A program made the position numbers and the translations under genes. Shown piece by piece: positions 26,569 to 34,421 of a stretch of DNA of 44,399 nt. Positions within the stretch are counted from its first letter, which is position 1; each line of letters starts with the position of its first letter. Location of the stretch: the sequence record SRR31156797_6143. The stretch is one strand, 5' to 3'. The notes under the pieces were generated by a model that did not search any database, was not told the DNA's origin, and saw only the letters and a list, made by a program, of their open reading frames with translations.

Positions 26569-27273
26569 TCAGATTGTCTGGAATTTGTATCCTACGCCCG
26601 CCACCGTTACGATACGTTTCGGATTTTCAATGTCCGGCTCTATCTTTTTTCTAAGGCGTTGCACGTGAACGTCCAATGCCCTGCTGTGCTGATAGAGTTC
26701 TGAATCACGCCAGATTTGATTGGTAATGAATTCCCTGGAGAGAACCTCGTGTGGATAAGAAACAAAGAGTTCCAATAATTCGAATTCTGTTTTGGTTAGT
26801 TTAATTTCCTTTCCCCTGACAGAGATCCTTCTGGTTTTGAAGTTCATGAAAAGATCCTTGACCTCACAATGATTCTTCACCAGATCTCTTTCAACCCTCT
26901 TGAGGATGGCCTTGATCCTGGCCGAGAGTTCAAGAAAGTTGAAGGGTTTAACCACATAATCGTCTGCCCCGCACTCAAGGCCTAAAACCGTGTCCGACAC
27001 GCCGTCCCGTGCCGTCAGCATGATGATTGGGAAATCGAATTCCCTTCTTATGATCTGGCAGGCTTTGATGCCGTCAATATCCGGTAGGTTCAGGTCGAGG
27101 ATGATCAGGTCCGGGCGGTATTTCCTTACCATATCCACCCCACTCCGGCCGTCAAAGGCGGACAATACCTCATAGCCGTCCAATTCCAGATTTCCCTTGA
27201 TGGTCTGGACAATATCCTTGTCATCATCGACGACAAGGATGGTGGTCCCGGTTTTTTGAGGTGTATGTGTCAT
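26569..27273 (-). CDS. OmpR/PhoB-family DNA-binding response regulator
   Basis: ILVVDDD, DLNLPDIDG, MLTA, GADDYVVKPF; winged helix LTKTEFELL…RALDVHVQRLRKKIE…TVAGVGY. Confidence 0.95.
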   Translation of the reverse strand: MTHTPQKTGTTILVVDDDKDIVQTIKGNLELDGYEVLSAFDGRSGVDMVRKYRPDLIILDLNLPDIDGIKACQIIRREFDFPIIMLTARDGVSDTVLGLECGADDYVVKPFNFLELSARIKAILKRVERDLVKNHCEVKDLFMNFKTRRISVRGKEIKLTKTEFELLELFVSYPHEVLSREFITNQIWRDSELYQHSRALDVHVQRLRKKIEPDIENPKRIVTVAGVGYKFQTI

Positions 27274-27393
27274 GATACAATCTGCCCTGTGACATCAATG
27301 AAACCTTTCCACCAAGCTGCAAATTATTCCTGCCGTAAGGTTGACATCCCTTGGGGTATTTGCGCAAGGTCTTTTTGAGGTTCTTGAAAAGTT

Positions 27394-27418
27394 GTTACAT
27401 TTTTTACGGTACCATTAC
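27394..27418 (+). promoter_or_regulatory. tandem TTAC-repeat operator upstream of the sensor kinase
   Basis: GTTACATTTTTTACGGTACCATTAC; same sense orientation and spacing as the site at 26521-26545. Confidence 0.55.
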
Positions 27419-27489
27419 CGATTATTGTATTATTATAGATTCATGGAAATTATCATTCCCGCATCAAAACCCCCATTAAGAGCCGAGAA

Positions 27490-29100
27490 ATGAAAAGACG
27501 CAAACTTTCGCTTCAATGGAAATTCCTGTTGGTTATTACGCTGATCGTGTTTCCGTCCCTCGGGGCCATTTTCATATGGGAAGGTATGCAGCACGAAACA
27601 CAGGTCAAGGATCAGATTGTGAGCCAGGCGACGGTTTTGTCGAGGCTGGTGGTTTTGGTTCGGCAGTGGGTTTCCGACTGTGGCGGTGTAATGGTGAATG
27701 AAAAAAGCGAGGGCGCCAAAAGCGGGTCCTGGTTTCTGAATGACAGGATGGAGACATCCAAGGGCTCTTTTCAGCGGTTTACTCCGGCTATGGTAACGAA
27801 GAAACTATCTCAGTATTCAACCCGTGAAGACCTTTACAGCTTTCGTATTGCAAGCCTGGATCCCATCAATCCCGAAAACAACCCTGACGATTTTGAAAGA
27901 GAAGCCTTGATCCAATTTGCGAAGGGGGAGGTGAATGAAACATTCAAGTTTGATCAACGGGGCGGAAATGAAATTTTTCAATATGTGGTCCCCCTCTATT
28001 TGGAAAAAGGGTGCCTGAAATGCCATCCTGTCCGGAACATATCAAGGCGGGGCATCGGGGGCGGCCTGAGTGTAATTTTGCCCATCGACAAGGTGATGAC
28101 CTCCACAAGAATGGATCATTTGAAATTGGCTGTATTGGGGATAGGCCTTATCTTCCTTATGATTTTCACCCTTTTCGTTCTGCTTCGCAGATTGGTGATC
28201 AAGCCCATGAGACAATTTGAGGAGATGGCAAAAGAGATCGGCCGGGGGAATTTGGATGCTCGCGTGAATATTGCTACCGGAGATGAATTTGAAAAACTTG
28301 CTCTCGCTTTCAATGCCATGGCGGAGAGGATTTCCAAAGGACGTAACCACCTTGAAGAAAGGATCAGTCAGGCGACAAAAGAGCTTTCCGAGGCCAACAA
28401 AGAGCTGCAAACCCTGGATAAATTAAAATCCGACTTTTTGGCCACCATGTCCCACGAACTACGTTCCCCACTGACGGTTATTCGGGGCGGAATCGATTAT
28501 CTCAGCCGTACCATCAAGGGAACGGAAAATCGAAATTATTTGTATATCGTTAACAAGAATCTGGCCCGCCTTATCCATCTCGTCTCCGACATTTTTGATT
28601 TTGCCAGGATTGAAGCAAAAAGCGCTGACTGGTCTTTTGAGCGGGAGAATATGTCGGGATTGGTCCGGGAGGTCACAGAGATCCTGAGCCCATTGGCAGT
28701 GAATAAACGCGTATCAATCGTCTGCAAATGCCCCGTTGATATTCATGTGGAGATGGACCTTGAACGTATCGAACAGGTCCTGGTTAACATTATTGAAAAT
28801 GCAATAAAATTTTCCGACGAAGAGACGGAAATTCAGATAGATGTGAAAGAAGATCGTCAGAATGTCCAGGTAGCCGTCAAGGATGAGGGGAAAGGCATTT
28901 CACAAGAAAATCTTGAGGCCGTTTTTGAGAAGTTTCGGACCCTTCCCTCATCACGGGGAAGAGGCAAGCGTGAAGGTACCGGCCTTGGCCTCGCCATCTG
29001 TAAAGGGATCATTGAGGCCCATGAAGGAAAACTATGGGCTGAAAGTGTGAAAGGGGAGGGGAGCACCTTTTTTTTCACACTCCCGAAACAACATTCATAA
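27490..29100 (+). CDS. sensor histidine kinase with periplasmic heme-c (DUF3365/Tll0287-like) domain, HAMP, HisKA and HATPase
   Basis: two TM segments flanking SLDPINPENNPDDFE…PLYLEKGCLKCH; HAMP GDEFEKLALAFNAM; MSHELRSPL; NIIENAIKFS; DEGKGI; GTGLGLAI. Confidence 0.92.
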   Translation: MKRRKLSLQWKFLLVITLIVFPSLGAIFIWEGMQHETQVKDQIVSQATVLSRLVVLVRQWVSDCGGVMVNEKSEGAKSGSWFLNDRMETSKGSFQRFTPAMVTKKLSQYSTREDLYSFRIASLDPINPENNPDDFEREALIQFAKGEVNETFKFDQRGGNEIFQYVVPLYLEKGCLKCHPVRNISRRGIGGGLSVILPIDKVMTSTRMDHLKLAVLGIGLIFLMIFTLFVLLRRLVIKPMRQFEEMAKEIGRGNLDARVNIATGDEFEKLALAFNAMAERISKGRNHLEERISQATKELSEANKELQTLDKLKSDFLATMSHELRSPLTVIRGGIDYLSRTIKGTENRNYLYIVNKNLARLIHLVSDIFDFARIEAKSADWSFERENMSGLVREVTEILSPLAVNKRVSIVCKCPVDIHVEMDLERIEQVLVNIIENAIKFSDEETEIQIDVKEDRQNVQVAVKDEGKGISQENLEAVFEKFRTLPSSRGRGKREGTGLGLAICKGIIEAHEGKLWAESVKGEGSTFFFTLPKQHS

Positions 29101-29123
29101 TCAGATCGGAAAAAGCAGAATAT

Positions 29124-29137
29124 TTGATTTAAGTCAA
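29124..29137 (+). promoter_or_regulatory. FNR/CRP-family-like box upstream of hdrCB
   Basis: TTGAT-TTAA-GTCAA (one mismatch to TTGAT-N4-ATCAA); TATGATAAT -10-like stretch at 29157-29165. Confidence 0.4.
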
Positions 29138-29215
29138 GGATTCGATGAAAATATTGTATGATAATATGGTAAATATCTGGAAGTTGAAACCAGAGCATCA
29201 AATGTTCAGGAGTGA

Positions 29216-29809
29216 ATGGTGCAAAATCGGGAAATACATCGCCCTGCAGCCGGTTTGATCCGTATGAGTGAAAGGGATCGGTCTTTTTTCAAGCAGGTGA
29301 ACGGTCGAAGTGGTGAAAACGTCGGATTCTGCTTACATTGCCGTTCATGCGCCGGCGGTTGTCCCTATGTGGAAGCCATGGATTATCCTCCGAATGCCGT
29401 TTTACGCCTGGTTCAGTTGGGTCTTCGAAAAGAAACCCTGGAATGCTCAACCATTTGGATTTGTGTGAGTTGCAACACGTGCTCCATTCAGTGCCCCATG
29501 GCCATAGATATCCCCGCCGTCATGGACACCCTCAGACATACGGCCCTGGAAGAAGGCGCGAATATGGCGGAACCGGATATCGTCCGTTTTCACGAAGAAG
29601 TCCTCCATTCCATCGAGCGGTACGGCAGAACCCATAAACTCGAAATAATGCTTCGCTACAAAATTCGTCTGGGCCGGTGGTTTCAAGACATGGATGTGGG
29701 GCTTAAGATGCTGAAAAAACGGAAGCTGGATTTGAAACCTTCAAAAATTGAAGCCACGGACGAGATGCGCCATATATTTGCTTTTCCCCAAAAAGGATTG
29801 GATGAATGA
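29216..29809 (+). CDS. hdrC: heterodisulfide reductase subunit C-like 4Fe-4S protein
   Basis: CLHCRSCAGGCP and IWICVSCNTCSIQCP. Confidence 0.88.
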   Translation: MVQNREIHRPAAGLIRMSERDRSFFKQVNGRSGENVGFCLHCRSCAGGCPYVEAMDYPPNAVLRLVQLGLRKETLECSTIWICVSCNTCSIQCPMAIDIPAVMDTLRHTALEEGANMAEPDIVRFHEEVLHSIERYGRTHKLEIMLRYKIRLGRWFQDMDVGLKMLKKRKLDLKPSKIEATDEMRHIFAFPQKGLDE

Positions 29810-30663
29810 TTGCATCCGGCACAATCGATCTCTCCTATTTCCCGGGGTGTTCCATGGCGACCTCGGCCAAGGAAAGCAATGCCTCCCTCATGCAGGTTTG
29901 CCGACGGATCGGGGTTAATTTGATCGAACTGGAAGATTGGAATTGCTGCGGTTCCTCCTCCGCCCATAGTATGGATCCGGGGCTCGCTTTCAGGCTGGCG
30001 GCGAGAAATTTGTCTTTGGCCACGCCTGAAAGACCTCTCATGATAATGTGTCCGGGTTGTCTACATCGTATGAAAACGGTTCACAAGCAGTTGAAGGATG
30101 ATCCCCAGTTGAGATTGAGGGCGGAAAAAGCTTGTGGCCGTTCAATTAATCCCGACGTGCAAATTATCCATTTCTTCGAGGTCCTTGAGGGGGTTGATTT
30201 TTCGCGGGCAAAAGATATTCAACTCACGCGGTTGGACCGTGTGAAGTTTGTCCCCTACTATGGGTGTATGCTGGCTCATCCACCGGCGTTTCGAAAGGAA
30301 AAGAATTATCATGGACTCATTGAAAAAATCCTCACCGGTTTGGGGGCGGAGGCTTTGATGTGGGGGTTTTCCGCTAAATGCTGCGGGACCTTTCTTGCAG
30401 CGGCGCGGCCCGACATCGCGACCCCTCTGGTGAATAAAATCATGGCGGGCGCCGTAAGAGCAGGTGCCGATTGTATTGTGACCGCTTGTGCAATGTGCCA
30501 GCTTAATCTCGAGATTCGTTGTACCCTGAAACAAAAAATCCCCACACTTCATCTTTCGGAAATGCTGGCCCTGGCCCTGGGGGAGAAAGGGTATGACGGT
30601 TGGTTCAAACGCCATTTGGTGGATCCCAGGCCATTGTTTGAAAAAAAGGGTTTGATACCTTAA
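29806..30663 (+). CDS. hdrB: heterodisulfide reductase subunit B-like (two CCG domains)
   Basis: YFPGC…WNCCG…CPGC and YYGC…KCCG…ACAMC; ATGA overlap with hdrC. Confidence 0.9.
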   Translation: MIASGTIDLSYFPGCSMATSAKESNASLMQVCRRIGVNLIELEDWNCCGSSSAHSMDPGLAFRLAARNLSLATPERPLMIMCPGCLHRMKTVHKQLKDDPQLRLRAEKACGRSINPDVQIIHFFEVLEGVDFSRAKDIQLTRLDRVKFVPYYGCMLAHPPAFRKEKNYHGLIEKILTGLGAEALMWGFSAKCCGTFLAAARPDIATPLVNKIMAGAVRAGADCIVTACAMCQLNLEIRCTLKQKIPTLHLSEMLALALGEKGYDGWFKRHLVDPRPLFEKKGLIP

Positions 30664-33083
30664 AATATTGCCGTCATGGTCTGATCCGTTTCCGCCATTT
30701 GAACGGCACCCAGGCCGCCGTCCATGGTGATGCGTGTGTTTTCCGGTATTTTTTGGGTGGCCTGCCGGACGCCCACCACGGCGGGGATTCCCAGTTCCCG
30801 TGCCACAATGGAGCAATGGTTCAATATGCCCCCTTCTTCAACAACAATCCCGCCGACGATCCCCAAGACAGGGGTCCAGCCGGGGTCGGTGTTTTTGGCA
30901 ACCAGGATATCCCCTTTCCGAATCCTGTGTCTGGTTGGATCATCCACGATCCGTGCCCGCCCGGTTGCCCTGCCGGGGCTGGTCCCGATGCCTCGGATGA
31001 TGTTTGCCTTTGACGGCAGTTCGTCCATGGGCCTGCCGTCAATGTAAAATGTGTAAACATCGGATTGTTCAAGGAATGCATCCCGCCGGTTGCCGGCCAA
31101 CCGTTTTGCCGCTTCAAAACCGATTTTGCCGTCCACCACCTGTTTGAGTTCGGATTGCGTCAGAAACAGCACATCTTCACCCAGGCCGCTGTGTTTTCCC
31201 AGGGTCAATGCGGATTGTCTGACCCGGTAGAGGATCTTATCCAGAAAAAATCTCAAATCTTCCCGCAGGTTCAAAAAATTGCAGGTAAACTTCAGGAGTG
31301 GTGGCAGTATGAGACGGAGGCGCCACGGAAGTTTCCTCCGTATGATTTTTACTGGGTCGGCAGGTTTGGCGCTTTTTGTTAAACCGTTTTTCATGGGGCT
31401 TTTCAGAAGGGTTGCCATCATCCCCAGAACCTCTTCCGGCGCTTCACACCATCGTTTCAGGTAAAGGGTCCTGTGGCGGGATCGGCACCCGTATTTTAGA
31501 AGGAACAGGTCTAGTTTTTCCTGCAACCGACGGGGGAGGGTCCCCACCAGTTGTTCAGGGGCTTGGTTCAAAAACCGCTTAAGAACCGTCCCATCATTCC
31601 TGACCGTATCCGCCAATTGTCTCATCTCACGTTCGATTTCGGTGGTAATATTGTCGGTATTTGCACTGAGAAGGTGAAGGAAATCCGAGTACTCCAAACC
31701 TCCCATGTCTTTTACCACCCACCTCAACGCCCATGTGAAAACCGTTGCGTAAAGGTACGGCCACTGGTTTTTTTCCTGAAGAAGCGCCAGGCATTCGAGG
31801 GATTCATCGGTTTTTTGCAATGCCTGTGCGGCCGTGTTTGGGGTTAACCGTTCAATTCTATTGAGATTGTTTTGGAGTTTTTTCAGGCTCAGGCGGGAGA
31901 GATATTGGCAAAATAGAGGATTCCCTTGCGGTTGCAAGACACTGAGGCATAGGGTCCGAACAGCCAATAGAAGCAGCTTTTTTACGGAGGGCGACGGCGT
32001 CGAATCGATTTCGAATCCCGGCGGAAAAAGGGAACGAATTTCACTGATGCGGAATCGGTCCGGGACCAGGGTCAGCACCTGTTTCAGACTTTCACCGTTG
32101 ACATAAAGGAATCCGTTGATGACGGACATGGTCGGTTTAATAATTGGAATTTTCAGAAACTCCGAATTCCTTGAGAGATCGAACCGGGGTGCATTTCTAA
32201 GCATGGCCTCGGCCAGTAAAGGGGTGAGCCGATCCGCCCAAAGATCCTCGGCAATCTTTCGCGTCCAGGTTCCGGGTGGCGCTTTGAAATCCACCTCCCT
32301 TATGGTGGTGATGGGACGGGACTGGAGAAGCCATAACTTGTCGTTCCCATCGATGGCCCATTCGATGTCCTGGGGCTTCCCGCCCGCATGTGCCTCGGCT
32401 TTCCCTGCCAATTGCGCGATTTCACGCCAGTTTAAATTTTCCAGGGTCCCAGGGTCCCATGAGCCTGTTTGGAAGGTGGTTTCGTCTTTCAATATCCTGT
32501 TATCTTGAACAAACACACGATAGGGTGTCACATGGCCGCTGACGAGCTTTTCGCCCAGGCCGGGTACGCCCTCGATGACCACTTCGTTCCTCAAGGGGTA
32601 CATGGGATTCCGGCTGAAAGCGACCCCGGCAGCTTTGGCATGGACCATTTTTTGGATCATAACGGACATGAGCGGTGCTTGGTGGCTCGCCTCATCATCA
32701 AGATAGTCAAAAACGAGCTTTGATTTCGCACTCTCCCAGCACTTTTCAATCTTGTCATTTAAATCATTCTCATCCCGTATATCCAGATAGGTGTCGTATT
32801 GGCCGGCAAAGCTTTTGCCGGCCAGGTCTTCCAGTGTTGATGATGAACGTACCGAAACACCTCCGGAGAGGGGCATCTCTTTGGCCGCATCCTTGATTTC
32901 GTTCTGAAGGCCTTCGGGCCAGACCTTGTTCCGGCGCAAAAAATCGTTGGCCTCAACCCTGATGGCGACGGCTGAAGGAACCTCAAATCCTGAACGCGTG
33001 GCCCGTGCCAGGGAAGCAAATTTATGCCCCACCACACCGGGATCCAGGGCAAAGTCATCTTCGAAACGGATTAGATAATTCAA
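30660..33083 (-). CDS. fused PEP-utilising phosphotransferase, rifampin phosphotransferase/PigC-like architecture (ATP-grasp, substrate domain, His swivel domain)
   Basis: VGHKFASL, SVRSSSTLEDLAGKSFAGQYDTYL, GLGEKLVSG, QDIEWA, LLQSRPIT; C-terminal TDPGWTP…GGILNHCSIVARELGIPAVVG; no pyruvate-binding barrel. Confidence 0.85.
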   Translation of the reverse strand: MNYLIRFEDDFALDPGVVGHKFASLARATRSGFEVPSAVAIRVEANDFLRRNKVWPEGLQNEIKDAAKEMPLSGGVSVRSSSTLEDLAGKSFAGQYDTYLDIRDENDLNDKIEKCWESAKSKLVFDYLDDEASHQAPLMSVMIQKMVHAKAAGVAFSRNPMYPLRNEVVIEGVPGLGEKLVSGHVTPYRVFVQDNRILKDETTFQTGSWDPGTLENLNWREIAQLAGKAEAHAGGKPQDIEWAIDGNDKLWLLQSRPITTIREVDFKAPPGTWTRKIAEDLWADRLTPLLAEAMLRNAPRFDLSRNSEFLKIPIIKPTMSVINGFLYVNGESLKQVLTLVPDRFRISEIRSLFPPGFEIDSTPSPSVKKLLLLAVRTLCLSVLQPQGNPLFCQYLSRLSLKKLQNNLNRIERLTPNTAAQALQKTDESLECLALLQEKNQWPYLYATVFTWALRWVVKDMGGLEYSDFLHLLSANTDNITTEIEREMRQLADTVRNDGTVLKRFLNQAPEQLVGTLPRRLQEKLDLFLLKYGCRSRHRTLYLKRWCEAPEEVLGMMATLLKSPMKNGLTKSAKPADPVKIIRRKLPWRLRLILPPLLKFTCNFLNLREDLRFFLDKILYRVRQSALTLGKHSGLGEDVLFLTQSELKQVVDGKIGFEAAKRLAGNRRDAFLEQSDVYTFYIDGRPMDELPSKANIIRGIGTSPGRATGRARIVDDPTRHRIRKGDILVAKNTDPGWTPVLGIVGGIVVEEGGILNHCSIVARELGIPAVVGVRQATQKIPENTRITMDGGLGAVQMAETDQTMTAIF

Positions 33084-33105
33084 TTCCTTCGCTTCCTTTC
33101 AGCTA

Positions 33106-33128
33106 AATGCCATATGGCATTATGGCAT
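33106..33128. promoter_or_regulatory. perfect 16-bp palindrome plus a tandem half-site, candidate operator
   Basis: AATGCCATATGGCATT (33106-33121); TATGGCAT repeated at 33113 and 33121; about 22 bp upstream of the 33083 start. Confidence 0.45.
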
Positions 33129-33199
33129 AAATTTTATTTCAGGCGGTAGCCTTTCTTTCGTTGGGGGTGATGGAGATTTTATTGGGGGCGTTCAGGTGG

Positions 33200-33241
33200 A
33201 TCGGAGGCCGGGCGCCCGCCCGGGATGCCCGGCCGACCGAT
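33200..33241 (-). terminator. GC-rich stem-loop downstream of ppsB1 (terminator or mRNA stabiliser)
   Basis: GGCCGGGC (33206-33213) / GCCCGGCC (33227-33234) with ATCGG/CCGAT outer arms; no clear U-tract. Confidence 0.4.
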
Positions 33242-33258
33242 TGAAGGGTGTTCTATTC

Positions 33259-34332
33259 CTATTTGACTTTTACACCGGTCACCAACTGGCTGATGATCCG
33301 GTCCATGGCGGTTTTCTTGACTTCGGTCTTGGCGGCCAGTTCTTTCTTCTTGTTCCACACGGATTCCGGCCGCACCTGGAGAATGATGACATTTTCGGGG
33401 AAGGGGAGATCCGCGTCGATGCCGAATTCGATATCGTACGGTTTGCCGTAGTATTTATCAATGGCCTTGGCAATTTTGCAGATTTCCATCAATTCTTCGT
33501 TGGGGATACAGAATTTTTTGCGGTCCTTTTCCGGTACCTCGGCGGTCTTGATGTCGCTGCCGTCTTCGTTGTAGACGCATTGAACTTCCTTGCTCCCCTT
33601 GTTTTGTTTAACCACGGTGAAGGTAATTTTGTCCACCAGATAACTGTCCGGGGTCACCAGACCGCTCACCACGGCTTCACCCAGGCCGTAGCTCACGTCG
33701 ACGGATATCTTGGAACGGTCGCCGTTCAGTGGATTCAGGGTGAAAATGACGCCGGAAGCTCTTGAATTGACCATCTTCGGCACGCCGACACCGATGTTCA
33801 ATAAAAACCCCAGCCCCTTGTTCATGCGATAAGTGATGGCCTCTATGAAATAGGCGCTGGACCAGGTCTTCTTGATGTACTCGATAAGGTCTTCTTCGCC
33901 CCGGATATTCAGGTAGGTTTCCATCTGGCCGGGCATGGATACGGCGCCGCTGGAGCGCACCGCCACCGGAACGTTATTAACGCCCGCCATGTCGCAGAGT
34001 TTCCGGTATTCCCTGCCCACCTCATCCACGATAGCGGCCGGAACGGTGGCCTCCTCAATGAGGTTTACCGAAAATTCTCCGGCCGCCACACATTTGTCAT
34101 AGGTTACTTCGCCTAAAGAGTTGACATACTTTTCCAGTTCCTTCTTAATGCCCGTCTCCGTGATGAATAGGTCATTGGCGTACAGGGTCAGGGCAAATCC
34201 GGGGCTTACCCGGATGTCGCCTTTCATCATCTCACCGAGATTGGCGTTCTTCTTGCCGACAAGCTCAAAGTCCTTTCCCACCAGCTCCTCATACCACAGG
34301 GTTAGCCGTCTGTTTTTCTCTATGTCTCCCAT
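33259..34332 (-). CDS. ppsB: phenylphosphate synthase beta-like subunit (stand-alone PPDK/PEPS N-terminal ATP-binding domain), copy 1
   Basis: VGKKNANLGEM, VAVRSSG, GVIFTLNPLNGD, YGLGEAVVSGLVTPD, DIEF, LQVRPESVW; follows a ppsA homologue; GGAG before ATG 34332. Confidence 0.8.
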   Translation of the reverse strand: MGDIEKNRRLTLWYEELVGKDFELVGKKNANLGEMMKGDIRVSPGFALTLYANDLFITETGIKKELEKYVNSLGEVTYDKCVAAGEFSVNLIEEATVPAAIVDEVGREYRKLCDMAGVNNVPVAVRSSGAVSMPGQMETYLNIRGEEDLIEYIKKTWSSAYFIEAITYRMNKGLGFLLNIGVGVPKMVNSRASGVIFTLNPLNGDRSKISVDVSYGLGEAVVSGLVTPDSYLVDKITFTVVKQNKGSKEVQCVYNEDGSDIKTAEVPEKDRKKFCIPNEELMEICKIAKAIDKYYGKPYDIEFGIDADLPFPENVIILQVRPESVWNKKKELAAKTEVKKTAMDRIISQLVTGVKVK

Positions 34333-34373
34333 AATCACTCCAAAATATTCATGGATGGTTTTAGCATGAGTGG

Positions 34374-34412
34374 GGAAGGATGACCCCTGAATGTCCTTGG
34401 GGACATCCTTCC
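34374..34412 (-). other. intercistronic stem-loop between ppsA1 and ppsB1
   Basis: GGAAGGATG-A-CCCC / GGGG-A-CATCCTTCC. Confidence 0.55.
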
Positions 34413-34421
34413 TTACAGCCG

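Noticed and set aside
29216-30663. Methanogen-type CoM-CoB heterodisulfide reductase function
   Set aside because: Bacterial context with no hdrA/mvh or methanogenesis genes; HdrBC-like proteins are common in sulfate reducers.
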